NCBI GenBank assembly: GCA_016906335.1
Contig: JADEYG010000003.1
Location: 1,426,001-1,490,000 of the forward strand
Reading direction: 5' to 3'
Origin: Novakomyces olei
Lineage: Eukaryota
Length of the DNA: 64,000 nt
This document shows, piece after piece, positions 19,640-33,517 of this stretch. The first letter of the stretch is position 1; each line of letters opens with the position of its first letter. Made by a program: the position numbers and the translations under genes. The notes below the pieces were generated by a model. That model saw nothing but the letters and a program-made list of their open reading frames with translations, did not search any database and was not told where the DNA came from.

Positions 19640-20271
19640 GGCGCTACAAGGCCATTACCCCGCGGTCCAGTATGAGGTGAAACAAATATATTATTGAGGC
19701 AATATTAAGTCGGCATTAATGAACCATTACGTGTAGATTAACTATGTGTATTTACGATTAATTATGTTTATGTGCACTGATCCAGAGAACAAACAGTGAA
19801 AGATAGCCGTGACACGAATCTAGAGGAGATGCTTTGGATGAGATTATGACGGAAGTCGAACGACTCAAAATAATAATACTGGTGCAATTGCTAGAGATCT
19901 ATTCGTGAGTCGATCTAGTACATTTTGAATATGAACGTGTCATGCCATCTTTATTATTCTATGTTTTGCCGTTGTGGTATTTTTTGAACCATCTCCTGTA
20001 AGATTTAATCGAATGCCTGCAAATCTTAGAAAAGGTTCAATCCAGATATGATGTATGTTACAAAGTTAGATATATGTCTCCTTCGCCTTCCGGCTTGATC
20101 AAAAAGTTAGCTTTACACACGTTGAGGAGCAAAAAAAAAAACGAATAAAGTTATAGGCTACATATACAAACATATACTAAAAGTGCATCATATTATTCCA
20201 TGTTGAACGGTATTTATTTCCAGCAGCTAGTAGAGCACGCTGTAATTTGGCATATGAACTAATAGCTCAAA

Positions 20272-21735
20272 ATGTCCGCGAAACGAGGTTTAACACCAAA
20301 ATTTCTATTTTCACGGCAATCTCTTTTGCGCAAAAGCACGCCTATTAGCGTCCGGAAATTTGCTCAACGCCGCCTTTACTCTGATGACGGCGCTCTCAAC
20401 CAATTCAGTGGAATACCAAGACGCGGCGATACTTCTTTCTCGACTCGCCGAAGACCACCTCCAAACACAGTGATTAATTTTGTTCCTCAGCAGGTAAAAA
20501 GCGAATATTACCAATAAATTGTTTATCGCATGGCTTACTCGTTTACAGGAAGCATGGGTGGTTGAACGTATGGGGCGGTTCTTAAGGTAAACAAGATGCC
20601 GTATTGATGCTTTGTTAATTTGTACACGTTCTCTCTGTCTTTGAGACCAAGCAGCATATCATTATGCGTCATCTCAGCGCAGTTGAGCACAAACAAATAG
20701 AGGCAATTTTATATTTTTCGTTCATTGGATTTTGGCTATTTACATTTATTTGATTTATACTTTCCTTTGTTCAAGGGGATGGCCATTTACGAAAACAGAG
20801 TTCTTGATCCTGGCCTGCAGATTTTGGTCCCTTTGATCGACAGTATCAAATACGTGCAGTCGCTCAAAGAGAATGCGATAGAAATACCTTCGCAAAGCGC
20901 GATTACGTCAGACAATGTATCGCTGGATATCAACGGCGTGCTTTATATTCGCGTGATCGATGCCTTTCGTGCCAGTTATGGCGTCGAAGACGCCGGGCTT
21001 GCTATTGCACAACTTGCACAAACCACGATGAGATCTGAGATTGGGCGACTGACATTGGATAGCGTGCTCAAAGAGCGAGCTAACTTGAACCATAACATTA
21101 CTGAGGCAATTAATCAGGCTGCCGAAGCGTGGGGAGTTCAGTGCTTGCGATACGAGATCAAAGATGTGCACCCACCAAAGGTTAGTATAGAATATTGCAT
21201 TATATTGACATAAAATATAGAATGTCCTGGCAGCAATGCATCAGCAGGTATCCGCTGAGCGTCAAAAACGCGCTGAAATTCTGGAGTCGGAAGGACAGAG
21301 ACAGTCTGCGATAAACATTGCCGAAGGCAAGAAACAGTCGACGATTCTGGCTTCAGAGGCTATTAGGGCAGAGAAAATCAATCAAGCTAATGGTGATGCC
21401 GAGGCAATAAGGCTGAGAGCAGAAGCAACCGCTACAGGCCTCACCAAGATTGCGGATGCGCTTCGTGCAGAGAATGGAGAGAAGGCAGTCGGGTTTCAAG
21501 TAGCTGAACGTTACGTTGAAGCTTTCGGAAAATTGGCCAAAGAGACAAATACCATGATAGTTCCAGCCGGAACAGGCGACATGAGTGGCATGATTGCTCA
21601 GGTAAGATATGAAGAATAAACGTGCTTATAGCGCTAACTTTACAGGCATTGGGCATATACAAAAATCTCTCAATTGAAAAACAGTCCCAAACAACGCCAC
21701 CGCCTCAACAACTTGAAGAGAAGGCGAACACATAA
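20272..21735 (+). CDS. Mitochondrial stomatin-like (SLP-2/SPFH) protein (spliced)
   Basis: FVPQQEAWVVERMGRF, IPSQSAITSDNV, AQLAQTTMRSEIG, MHQQVSAERQKRAEILESEG. Confidence 0.93.
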
Positions 21736-21931
21736 ATATATATCACTCTTTCAGATCAAACATCAGTGAATAGGCGCATGCCTATGCACAAGTGTGCATC
21801 CCTCTTTCCCTTTCACATTTGGTCCTGTCGCCATGCTGCTACCGGCCCCTCATTTCTTTATTTTGTCAAAATAGTATTTGCCGACTCTTTTTAGGGGAGT
21901 AATCGAATCAAAGTAAGTCCCATAAGCAAGC

Positions 21932-22231
21932 TTATCGCCATAACCATGGCTTGATGCCTAGCGCTAGGGCTGAAATTGTAAAAGTCAATGGCCCCATTAA
22001 AAGAGGCCAAATAGAACTATTGTCAGAAGTCGAATCAGAGCCAGCTGAGTCGTATGGAGCCTCCGAAACCCGGTCGCTTTCAGAGGTTCGCGACATTGCG
22101 CCCAGCTGCCTCACGTTCTGTGTTGAAGATGCGCGGGACAAAAGCCATGACTGGCCATCGTCCTCGAGCAGGTTTAAGTTTACACGTGAAGACACGCGCG
22201 AAATGAAATCTACATCCTCACTTGACTCCAT
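21932..22231 (-). CDS. Small hypothetical membrane protein, possibly DUF3984-like
   Basis: GQSWLLSRASST motif recalled from fungal DUF3984 proteins; hydrophobic C-terminus. Confidence 0.45.
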   Translation of the reverse strand: MESSEDVDFISRVSSRVNLNLLEDDGQSWLLSRASSTQNVRQLGAMSRTSESDRVSEAPYDSAGSDSTSDNSSIWPLLMGPLTFTISALALGIKPWLWR

Positions 22232-22507
22232 TAGCTAAAGGAGCCCTTGTGCATTTCCGCCCCACTCTAGCTGTCTTTGAGTTCCCACGGGGCAGGTCAC
22301 GTGGCTCACGCTGTTTGTAAATATATTACTTGTAGGATGCACAGTTATTCAAAAGTATCCATATCCAAGATACGTCCAAGTAATAGCATATGCTTTTGTA
22401 CAAGTAATAAAAGTGAAAAGCAGTCACGACAACCACAACAGAGTTGAGGGAAGCTGCACACACAATCTTGCCTTTATCTTTGAGATTAAGCAAAAGTCAA
22501 TTTCAAA

Positions 22508-23100
22508 ATGCCGCCCAAGGTATGGCCTTGTCCTACTTTCAACGCTAATATATCAGTTTGACCCCAATGAGGTCAAGATCATTTATATGCGCGCCGTTGG
22601 TGGCGAAGTTGCGGGTGGTTCGTCATTAGCACCCAAGATTGGCCCGCTTGGTCTGTCCCCAAAGAAGGTGGGTGAAGATATCGCCAAGGCGACTGCGGAC
22701 CATAAGGGTTTGCGATGCACCGTACAACTTACGATCCAAAACCGTCAGGCAAAGGTATCTGTAGTTCCCGCTGCCTCCACGTTGGTCATCAAAGCTCTCA
22801 AGGAGCCACCGCGCGACCGCAAGAAGCAAAAGAACATCTCGCATTCCGGAAACCTTTCAATCGATGATATCATCAGTATCGCGCGCACCATGCGTCATAA
22901 ATCTCTCGCCAAAACTTTGACCGGCACTGTAAAAGAAATTCTCGGCACAGCTAACTCTGTTGGCTGCACGGTTGACGGCAAAGCGCCCAAGGATGTGCAG
23001 GCAGAGATTGACGAAGGCGAAGTTGAGAGTAAGTATTTTAGTTGCAAAATTTGACATTTTGTATCATCATGTTTCTAACCAACCAGTACCGGAGGAATAA
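22508..23100 (+). CDS. rpl12: 60S ribosomal protein L12 (uL11), 3 exons
   Basis: [22 protein letters not shown]...[16 protein letters not shown]...IPEE; introns 22520-22556 and 23029-23086. Confidence 0.98.
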
Positions 23101-23861
23101 GCTGCCCGATCATGATTAGCAGCAATAATAAACTTTTGTATTTGCATGTCTCACGTTTTGTCGTTGCTTGTAAATTGTATTCTTTCGTTATAGTTTTAAA
23201 TTTTTGCCATAAAAGTCAGTTCAACGCTTTGCACATTGATTTTGACTAGTGTGGGCTTACACTGGGTTTTATTTTCAAAATGGTTGCAACACTCTGGAGC
23301 GTCTTCAATCACTATGGACGTTGCAATTTATTATGCAACCTTGATCAAGAAACCAGGAAATCAGCGAGCTAAGAGTATAGACTTTGACCAGCTTGTTCCT
23401 TCAACCAGGTTACATTGCTTATTTGTTGATGAAGCCTTTAAGGCTAAATCATTCCAGCTAATACTTAAGAAATCCTCAACCTAAATATCAGTTGGCAAGT
23501 AGTCTAGATTTCAATTTCCAGAGCCGTGAACTTTGGCGATCCTAAAGGAACGATCGTTGACTGTCTTTTTCATCTCTTAATATTTTGTATATTGTTCGCA
23601 AGATGTCTGTCTGTCCACAGTGCTCTATTCCTGTGGGATTCATCTTATATTTTTGTTTTATTGAAACTATTAAATTACTTGGCATTTTGACCATTCATTG
23701 CCGCCATATATTTTCGCAACAGCATAAGAACAGTTTAATAAAGCATAATTCTCGCTTGTAAGATTACTCATGTAATATAACAAGCTCTTCATGTAACATC
23801 AGAAAAGATCTATTGACCCGCGCAATCCGGACTGGATAGAAAAAGCCTTCTGTTTCGAACA

Positions 23862-24546
23862 ATGAGTTTGTTTACCAAGTCTGTTCGCAGTGTTGCACGT
23901 GTGCCGCGCTTTTCACAAGCGTTTGCCATTGGTCGTCGTGGCTACGCAGAAGCTGTACCGGCGGACAAGATTCGTCTCAGCCTGAATCTTCCGCACACTT
24001 CTCTGTACAATGCTTCGGACGTGTATGACAGCTATTGATAATTTTAGCTATTCGCTAATCTGATGTAGGGTGCAAGTAAATCTGCCTGCTACTGCTGGTG
24101 ATATGGGTGTTTTGGCGAATCACGTACCCACAATTCAGCAATTGAAACCTGGTGTCGTTGAGGTCATGGATGGCAGTAACGAAACCAAGTCTTTCTTCGG
24201 TACTTATATTGTTTTGTTGATGTATTTAAAGAACCAATTCTTACAATGTTTAGTTAGCGGTGGTTTTGCTACTGTGAACCCTGGATCAGAGCTCATTGTC
24301 AGCGCAGTTGAGGCTTTCCCTCTGGAAGACTTTTCGAGCGAGGTAAATCAACTCATTTACGCGGGAATAAAGGCACTAACTTTTAGGCTATCCGAGCCAA
24401 CCTTGCTGAAGCTCAAAAGATCGCGAACGGAAACGGTAGCGAAGAAGACATTGCGGAAGCTAATGTTCAAATTGAGGTGTGTATATCTTCAAACCCGATT
24501 TTCTAACTCTTAGGTATTGGAGGCTCTGCAGCAGCACATCAAATAG
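23862..24546 (+). CDS. atp16: Mitochondrial F1 ATP synthase delta subunit (spliced)
   Basis: RRGYAEA presequence; QVNLPATAGDMGVLANHVPTIQQLKPGVVEV; SGGFATV; AVEAFPLEDF. Confidence 0.95.
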
Positions 24547-24824
24547 ATTTATCGAGATTTTGCTTCCCGACTAACATATGCCAACTGGAAATGCATATGA
24601 TATTCAATTGAGCCCACTATTGGCCTAAAGATGCGTCAAAAGGGCGAAGCTATCAATAGTAAAAATGTTCATTATATACATCTCAAAGTGCTATTCCTCA
24701 AACAATTTTATTTTTTTAGTGTATCGAATCCTGCTATTACCATAAAAACGACCTTAATTTGAGTAAGCTGGGCTTTCCTCGAAATCCAAGATTCTCCCAA
24801 AATTGCAATTAAAAAAAAAACCGA

Positions 24825-25597
24825 TCATTGCATGGGCGCAGGATCATATTTGGCATTTGATCGTAGACTTTCAGGGTAGGAGTTATTGTCTGCGTGGCTG
24901 ATAAGGGACTCTGGCTCTAACGATTTGTGTTCCTCTGTCTCATGGTAGGTATCCGCTTGCTCCAAGAAAGAGGGCGGATTTGGGTTGATCCTCTCTGTTT
25001 CATTGTGTCCGTTCGATTCATTGTCGTCCTTAGATGAAATTTCATCCGCCTGAACATCATCATTTGCAGAATCGACTTGGCTCGATTGTTGCGGATTTTC
25101 CGACTTGTGTCGAATGTCAGACCCATTTAATAGAGGATTTTTTTCATCAACGTCCTCGGCCTTCGCTTGGGGTATTATCGCACTCAGTGTATTTTTTCTG
25201 GCTGCGCTTATATCCCCCTTTGAAGCTACTAGCATGACTAGAGGGAGAAGCGGGACTAGTAATAGGGCGCTTGCGAGTATAGCGCTAAAAAACGCAACCA
25301 AGAACCCAGCCCATAAAAAGGACGCGACAAGCGCAATGGTACACACGCTAAACACGATACATGAGGCGATTAGCACGAGCGTTAATCCCAAGAAAAACAA
25401 TAGCGGAGGTAGAATTAGCAATGCGACAGAGGTCAAATAGATTGTAATTAAAGGAGACTGCTGAAGCCAATTTTTATAGACGCGCAACGCCTTATCAGCA
25501 TTTTCTCGTGCACGTTGAGCACTTTCTTGTGAAAGCCTAGCCAATATCAGTTTACGTGTTGTCTCAAAAGCCCATACTCAAATATTTTGGAGGACAT
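24825..25597 (-). CDS. Membrane protein, promethin/LDAF1 (Ldo16)-like lipid-droplet protein
   Basis: Long hydrophobic hairpin (SPLITIYL...LPPLLFFLG...) followed by an acidic tail; short first exon MSSKIFE with GTATGG donor. Confidence 0.55.
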
Positions 25598-25823
25598 GGT
25601 ACCGTATTTGCCGATCTATAGATTTTAATTTGGAAGAAAGCTGGCGATGCCGAGAACCAAGGAAGCTACACAGCCGTCTTTTCACATCCACCTTTACTGA
25701 CTTTAATTATATATTGTTTTAACGTATGTCTTAGTTCTCAATACATATTACTACGCGTAATATTGATTGATATTATCGATATAGGTTCAGCGTACACACA
25801 AGTATTAGCGTCTCAAAGCTTGC

Positions 25824-27035
25824 ATGGCCCAGTATGCGACGGCTATCGCTAATTCCATCTGTCGTCAATTGCCGCGGCTGCGACTGTTACCGGCTCTCTT
25901 AATAGGCCTTGCTCTTCGTGTAGTGCTTATCTTTTACGGCGTGTTGCAGGACAATACTTCGGCCCTCAAGTTCACTGATATTGACTACCACGTATTTTGC
26001 GATGCCGCTACAGCCGTGGCAGCTGGCGGCTCACCGTACGAGCGTGAAACGTACCGGTATACGCCTCTGCTGTCGTGGGCACTTTTACCGACCGTGTACT
26101 GGTTCGAAGCTTGGGGTAAGGTATTATTTGCGCTCGGTGATGAAGTCTCTGGCTACTTGATGGTGCGAATTATACAACAATTTTATGGCCTCCCGGAGCA
26201 AAGCGCAGCCCTATATGCAAGCTTGTGGTTACTTAATCCAATGGTTAGTGTTATCAGTGCACGTGGTAACGCTGAAGGCATAATTGATGCTGTCGTGCTC
26301 TTCATGGCCCTTTTAGCCGTGCGTAAGCAGTACGTAGCCGCTGGGCTGGCTCTTGGACTCGCAACGCATCTGAAAATCTATCCGTTCATGTACGGAATAT
26401 CGGTTTGTTGGAATATGCCCGGCAGATTTGTACTTACGGTCGATCGAACAAAGTTTGCTAGTGCAGCCTTAATCGCGTTCCTTGGCCTTAACTGCATAAT
26501 GTGGTGGACATATGGACGCGAATTCGTGCAGCACAATTTCCTATACCATTTTGGCCGCACTGATCATCGTCACAATTTTTCTGTTTACCATTTGCTGCTG
26601 TATCTTACCTGGTACCCGGATGGTAACTCACAGTCGTCGCCCAAGCTACCGTATTCCCTATTGGCGTTTATTCCGCAAATGCTTCTTTGTCTTGTCGTTA
26701 TACCGTTTTTCCTAGCAAAGCGCAACTTATTATATGCCATGTTTCTACAGACACTCGTATTCGTCACGTTTAACAAGGTGGTTACTAGTCAATATTTTTT
26801 GTGGTACCTTTGTTTTCTGCCTGTCTACCTTCCTGCTGCACCTAAAAGTTTCACGCAAAACTATTGGCTCTTGGTTTTTTGGGTGCTTGCGCAAGCGAGT
26901 TGGCTCTTGGGAGCCTATCAGTTTGAAATTCTTGGTAATTCATGGTTACCTTGGATGTTTGTCTCCGCTTTGGCTTTCTTCGCGTCCAATATTGCCATTG
27001 CTGTCGCTACAGTAGACGACTCAGATAACACTTAA
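25824..27035 (+). CDS. gpi14: GPI mannosyltransferase I (PIG-M)
   Basis: KFTDIDYHVF, GGSPYERETYRYTPLL, WLLNPMV..ISARGNAE, HLKIYP, DHRHNFS, FNKVVTSQYFLWY. Confidence 0.97.
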   Translation: MAQYATAIANSICRQLPRLRLLPALLIGLALRVVLIFYGVLQDNTSALKFTDIDYHVFCDAATAVAAGGSPYERETYRYTPLLSWALLPTVYWFEAWGKVLFALGDEVSGYLMVRIIQQFYGLPEQSAALYASLWLLNPMVSVISARGNAEGIIDAVVLFMALLAVRKQYVAAGLALGLATHLKIYPFMYGISVCWNMPGRFVLTVDRTKFASAALIAFLGLNCIMWWTYGREFVQHNFLYHFGRTDHRHNFSVYHLLLYLTWYPDGNSQSSPKLPYSLLAFIPQMLLCLVVIPFFLAKRNLLYAMFLQTLVFVTFNKVVTSQYFLWYLCFLPVYLPAAPKSFTQNYWLLVFWVLAQASWLLGAYQFEILGNSWLPWMFVSALAFFASNIAIAVATVDDSDNT

Positions 27036-27887
27036 AAACTGAATGCTGTTTCGAGTTCAATTATAAATTGTGAAACCCCTTATCTGTGCAGCAGTGTACT
27101 GATCATCCAATGTATCACGCAATGTCATGACGCCCTCATAAATTGCTGATGGATCCTAGGCCCAGTCAGAATTGGGCATTCATACCATAGCAGAATTGAA
27201 CGAGACCAAATGGCTTATTTTGGAGAATTTTTTATTCCCTCCACTCAACCAACAATTTTGACCTCAAACTAATATTAAATTTGGTTTGTTTCAGTGATCG
27301 GACTAAATAGCCGCCATTGCGGAACATTGTTATTACACAATTACCTTGCATTAAATCACTATCAGGCAACCGTAACAATGAGACAGCCAAATCTTGCCTT
27401 AAACAAAACATTAGATTAATTTCAATGATATTTAATCGAACAAAGAAATAGTCATCATCCACTGCTTCTTTATTGGCCCATCAGTCTGCAATTTGGAAAC
27501 ATGAGCTTTTAGTTAATGCATATTTGGGGTATTGTATTTAATCTCCTAGTCCCCAAAAGTGAACTCTTAATGTATCCTTAGAATGTCAATGCTTTATTGC
27601 TCCGGTGAATAAATGTAGAGCTCTCAGGAATACAGTAAAACAACCTAGAAAGCAGAATTTGCAAATAACGAATGAATCACAGTTGTTGCAATTTTATTAC
27701 TCTTAGTATACATTTAAGATTCCATTGAATACGATCTATCATTCTATTTTAGAGTTATGTCGATTTTAAACGAAGCTATTTCTCATTGCCTGTAAATCTA
27801 AAATACTTTAATCAAAAAATTATGTAATATAAATTACAAATTCGCTCGTTCTAAATATTATCTGGCCGAATAGTCGATTAAAACCCC

Positions 27888-27995
27888 GCATGGGTGACCG
27901 AGTTGGTTAAGGTGTGTGACTCAAGCTAATCAGCTTGCCTGTTACCGGGCTTTCACATGGAGCAATCCGCGCGAGTTCGAATCTCGTCCCATGCA
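27888..27995 (+). tRNA. tRNA-Leu(CAA) with 26-nt intron (27926-27951)
   Basis: Acceptor stem GCATGGG/CCCATGC-A; D-arm with TGGTTAAGG; anticodon stem TGTGA/TCACA with CT-CAA-G; long variable arm GGAGCAATCC; GTTCGAATC T-loop; downstream T-run. Confidence 0.95.
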
Positions 27996-28350
27996 ATTAT
28001 TTTTTTTTATTTTTTTCAGATATTGTATATATGATATGATACACCGTAGGAGCCTCAGCATCAGGTTTTTCTATTAAATGAATTACAATAGCATTTTTTA
28101 AAATGATATACGAGACGAAGCGCCGCAAAATCAGCTTTGGCTTTATTTAAAAGACAAATATCTGGAGTAAAAAGTGCTCATGCAATAAGATAAAACATGG
28201 TGAAATCTGAAACAACTTGATGACGCTTTCGACAGCAATTTCTCGAACCCAACTTGAGTAGAGACAATTGAACGTAATAATCCAAGAGTAGATTTAATAA
28301 GTCTTCTTAAAGACAGGCCTAGTCACATTAAATACAATCTGTATTTTAAT

Positions 28351-29302
28351 TTATACAGTGTTAACCGCTCTGCCGACATCCCGCCGATCTCGGCGCCGAA
28401 CTACGCCATCTTTATCCACTTGTGTGACACTCTTGGATGAAGTATCGTGCAATTGAAACAGATATTTGGAACTCGAAGACTTATCCGGCAATGTCTCGTA
28501 CTTCTTTGTAGCTGAAAGTTCACCAGGTTTAGTGCCAAAGACGGATTTCCTCTCGTGTGATAGCTCCACTGCCTCTAGTTTTTCCAGCAGAGGTTTGCGC
28601 CTAAGCATTCGTCCCACGTCTGAAGGAGAAAGATCTCTACCCTCTGGCGCTAAGACCCAATGCTGGTTGTATTTGTGATCTAGATGGAAAGCAGCGCTGG
28701 GCTCATTTGATTGGGGATTAGGGTCTTTGCGGCTCCCAGAAGGTTTCACAGACTGCAACATATTTTCCATAGCCGCACCGTATGAATGCAATAATTCTTG
28801 GCTCTAATATAATGAGAAATTTGGCCCTTTGACGTTGTAAAAAGGAAGAATTTGAAATGATCGAAGAAGAAAAGATATTAAAGAGAGAACAGTTGGTCTG
28901 AAACTTCTTAAACATTTATGCAACACCGATGCTATACGCATAAAGACGAGGCAACTAGAGAAAAAGAAAGGCAAGTTCAAATACCTTATCGTGCCATTTC
29001 TGTTCATGAAGAGCCAGCTTCAAGATGGCATCAACCCGTTGTAAACTGATCCGGTACCTTTCACTAATTTGCCTCATATTAAGTCCATCCAGCATGTCAT
29101 TGACAACAGCATTGCGCATTTCCTGCGAAAGCGGCGGAATCGGTACGTAGCTCGGATTAGTAGGAAATGGCCGTGCTCCTCCAACATAATTCTTTTGGCC
29201 CACAACTGGCAGCCGGAACTTTTCGCCGCCCTGCGGATCTTTCAGCCACTCACGAAACGCTTTTTTCAGCGATCCCTGAGCAGCGCTCCTAGTTGCACTC
29301 AT
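28351..29302 (-). CDS. Mitochondrial small-subunit ribosomal protein mS45 (Mrps35/Bot1-like), 2 exons
   Basis: WLKDPQGGEKF, PFPTNPSY..PPLS, ISERYRISLQRVDAILKL, GVVRRRDRR; start codon uncertain. Confidence 0.75.
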
Positions 29303-29908
29303 AGTGATGAATATGAGCAACACTTCAAAAGACGAATTTTTATTTTAAATAAACCTGATCTTCAGTGTGCCATCGTTATTATAATAATAATTTAGAACAA
29401 TAATTATATTAGAATATATTATAGTAAAAGCAATGTATCTAGTTCATGAACACAACTTATCACGCGTCTTGTCATTTTATAATAGAGCCGACACTCCTTT
29501 AATAAAAACAATAACGATCAGGCGAACAAAATTTCCGAGCTGCATTGGAGAGCAATTGTGCCAGCAATTTGTCCATATTCTGTGCAAGAGCTGAAACAAT
29601 GACGAGTTAATATTAATGTTGATGGCCATATTTTGCCTTTGCATAATATACAAATTTTATCACTATAGAGCCAAAAGCTTTCTAGTAATTGAGCAAATAA
29701 TGGCTCTCGTTGTTTACGCAAATTTACTTTTTCAATAGCTAATCTCAGAATGCCGTGGCTCAAGAGCACTGGCTAATAGCAGGCCTGATTTGAATTTGTG
29801 CCTTACCCCAACAGACCGACTTCTTAAATGCCATATGTTATTATTGTTCAATTTTGGACTAAATAAATCAAATCTCAACATAATATTGAACTCGATATAT
29901 AGCTAGGG

Positions 29909-30584
29909 ATGGCTCACCGTCGCAATGGGCTGCACTCTGCGGAAAATACTGCGGTAGCTGGACAATTAGCAAGTAGCGATTCACCGCACCAATTACCTCC
30001 CTCTTCTCCAACAAGCCATGATGCTGCGCCTGAGCAAGTAGGCGCTTCCCCTTCCTTGGCCACAAAACTGTCTTCATTTTGGAAACAGTTCATAACACAG
30101 GACTTGGAAAATGAAAAATCAGTAGCACGCGATCATCTTGGTACGGCTTTTGAGATTAATATTTGACTGACCTTGTCGTATAGCGAATGAGCGAACTTTT
30201 CTCGCATGGATACGAACCAGCCTTACATTTAGCTCCGCCGGCGTTACTATCACACAGGTCTTTCGGCTCAGTGTTCAAAGCGCCTCTCAAAATTCGCTAA
30301 ATAGCTCCCGTGAAATATCTAAATCACAACAACTGCGGTTCGGGAAAGCGTTGGGCTGCACATTCATAACAATGTCAATTATATTGGGAATTCTAGCGAC
30401 AATAAGGTTCTTCCATGCTCAATATATGATTACAAAGGGATTCTACCCGGTGTCAAGGGCAGCTATTGTTGTTGTTGGAGTATTTACGCTCGGTGTAAGT
30501 AAACTATAGTCTCAAAAGTTTACTAATCAATTCTTTTGCAAGGTTTCGATCGTCTGTCTGCTTTTGATTTTGTTATCGAGATAA
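29909..30584 (+). CDS. DUF202 membrane protein (3 exons)
   Basis: ENEKSVARDHL|ANERTFLAWIRTSL across intron 30142-30183; three hydrophobic segments. Confidence 0.9.
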
Positions 30585-31609
30585 ATGGCGAGTGTTGACT
30601 CACGAATTTCGAAATAAACGTGTTACCAGTATCTTTATCATCACTATCGGGCACTGGATCTTTTTGCAGTTAATTGTTTTTCAATTTGGTTATTTTTTAC
30701 TCTGTTTAATGCGACGGGCCAAGAAGGCACGCAGCGCCTTTGTCGCACGCATGTATCTGTAAATATTTCGAAACATGTACATAATTGAATGAGCTTCTAC
30801 ATAACTGAATAAGTTTTCAATGGTCCCCAATTTAATGCCGTAAATTGTACAATCAATGGTATCCAAGACGGGGCATGACCAAACTACGGATTGGTCATAT
30901 GGACAGAAGGCTTACTTCCAAGATAGCAATGCGAACAATATGCCAAGACCAAAGACAAAGTTCACAAGAGATCGCTTATGCTCAAAGTAGCAAGTGTTTA
31001 ATATTATATGAAATGTTTACCGTATGGTTTTACTCAAACGCAAGCACTCATATGAGCATTGCGCAAAGTTTAGGAATATACGGTCGGAGCTGTGAGATCA
31101 GCAACAATTGAGTAAACCCAAAAGTTGGATCAATCACAGCTCCTCTATCTGAAGCCTTTCCAGCTAGGAATCAGCAGTCTCATGTGGTCGACGAATCAAA
31201 AGACCAAACACCCCATAGAGTCCCTCAAACCAAATCCAAAGGAGGGACCTGGGAGCGACTCTATTTAATTGGAGCATTTAGAACAGATAATCCCCGATCA
31301 ACCTCTGCAATGCTGGATATCGACAACGAGATACAAGAAAAAATGACCACGATGGGTTCAACTCTCCTGTAGTCTCGCCATCCAAGGCTCCTGTGACACA
31401 CATTGTGAATGCGTGCTGGTCTATAAAAAGTTTTTGATTGTTTATATAGCAATGGATAACACAATATTGGTTTACGATAATCGATAGCCGAATAATTAGA
31501 TATACTAGTTTGCTATGAAGAATACTTGCAGAAATGAAATATGAAATATAAAATGCATGAAACCACCTCAAAATTTATGCCGATTTATTTTATATGTAAT
31601 TTTATGCTA

Positions 31610-32854
31610 TTACTTGCCAATAAAAGAATTGAAATTGGCTGCCACCTGCTCTACTGCCTGGGAGATGTTCCATCCCTTCACCGATGCAATAAACTGTAAC
31701 GGCAATTTTAACTGCTCGTCAATGTAACTGCAATCATGGAAATCTGTCTCAACGAGTATGCGATCAATGGGAACCGCAGAAACAACTTGGGCCCATCGAT
31801 CGTACCGTGAATTAATACAACTTGAAAATGAGAAATAAGCCTTTACGGCCGCTGGTGACTGAGTCCATTGCCGTACCATATCCGGAGGCCCCGAGAAGCT
31901 ATGCAAACAGACGTGTAAATTTTTACTTTTCGCTTGCTTTTTCCTCAGCGGAACGCGTTTTGTAATGCACTCATAGACTTTACCATGAGCTTGTACGCTG
32001 TGTACACTGAGAGCACGTTGAAACTCCCAGGCGATATCGACTTGTGATGCTAAAAGATCCATTTGCTGATCCATTGTAACTTTATAAACAGACAGCCGAG
32101 AGCGAGGCGTTCCTGAAGTTGGGTCGTAAGGAGCAGTTGGAAGACGAAATGCTTTATCAAGACCTAATTCTCCAACTTGTGCGTGTGGGTACTTTTTTAA
32201 ACGGTCTCGTAAATCTGATAAAGCAGAAACCCAGCTCAAAGGCTCAGGGAGACCTTCCACGAAGCCATCGTCTGGTGTGGGTGTTAGGACTTTGGTGTAG
32301 TGGCTTCGTTTATCAACCGACCTTCTATCATCGCCAATAAAATAGGCATAAGAAAACCAAGGATGTATGCCTTCCAAGTCAGAAATTTGAGAATTAAGGG
32401 CAAAAAGCAGAAAATTACTGACAGTGTACAGAGTATTTTTATAGCATAAACATAAAGAGCATCAAAATCAATGATAAATGAAGAATAAATTAAAAGAAAG
32501 ACAAACGAGAACTAAGAGATGTAATATATTGAGCCGGGGTCAAGAAAAATCAAACGCAAAACAATAGATGTGACAATTGAGCTTACCGAAGAAAGGGACA
32601 ACCCTGTTCGGGTACTTATCGGCCACGGAAGCCACTAATCCTTGATCGTATTGCCTTGTTGCCATAACACAAGCAGTGCCACAAGCCATTTCTGCTAAAT
32701 GGCCCAAAGTCGAGAGTGTATCCGTAGGATGGCAATGAGCGTCGGTAAGATTGTGAAGATCCTCATCTTTTAGTAGCAAATCCGTTCCAGGCTCTTGCTG
32801 CGCTTCTTCCATCGCCATAGTTAGGCCGCCGTCCAACCACATCTCTGACTTCAT
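31610..32854 (-). CDS. TatD-family metal-dependent hydrolase (Scn1-like), 2 exons
   Basis: DAHCHPTD, PFFG|IHPWF, VGELGLDKAF, SVHSVQAHG, CLHSFSG, ILVETD; start could be a later Met. Confidence 0.9.
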
Positions 32855-32881
32855 CGCATTGAAAATATAGCGAGAATAGTA

Positions 32882-32882
<1 letters not shown>

Positions 32883-32965
<83 letters not shown>
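32883..32965. repeat. (AAT)n microsatellite
   Basis: Tandem AAT units upstream of the TatD gene. Confidence 0.97.
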
Positions 32966-32966
<1 letters not shown>

Positions 32967-33517
32967 TGCTAATTACTAATATATGGGCAAAAACAACTAC
33001 AAAACAAACCGCGCAGGGATAACGGCATAATCATAAGGAAAAGCTCTGTATGTATTGATTGAACTTGACCCTTGCAAAACCCTAATTCCACATGTTTTTA
33101 AGAATGCTGCATAGCTTGCAATGGGTACTATAATCAGTGATAATGCGAAGTCCCTTTTAAATAGACAAACAATGTATTACGCCGCGCATGCGAGTCTCAA
33201 TGCAATTCTGTCTATATATACATGCGATCACTAAGAAATACAGCTTAGAGGGTTTAGAAAAGAATATGAGAGGAAAAAAATAGTCATGGTAAAATAAAGA
33301 CAGTACACATACATTGTAGAATATAAAATAGACAACACACGGCATAGAGGATCAGGCGTGTCTACAAAGCCTAAAGAGTTCTGGTAAGTTGTGTTATGCT
33401 ATTGGAAATTTTCCCAGCCGAGTTTGCAAGACATAACCTTGAAATGATCCGGCTAATGTGGATCAGACGACAAATTCAAAGTTTTCTCTTAACAGGTTCG
33501 AAAGCTGTTGATCGATC

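Noticed and set aside
30845-31571. Short ORFs between the DUF202 and TatD genes
   Set aside because: No recognisable motif and no convincing spliced model.
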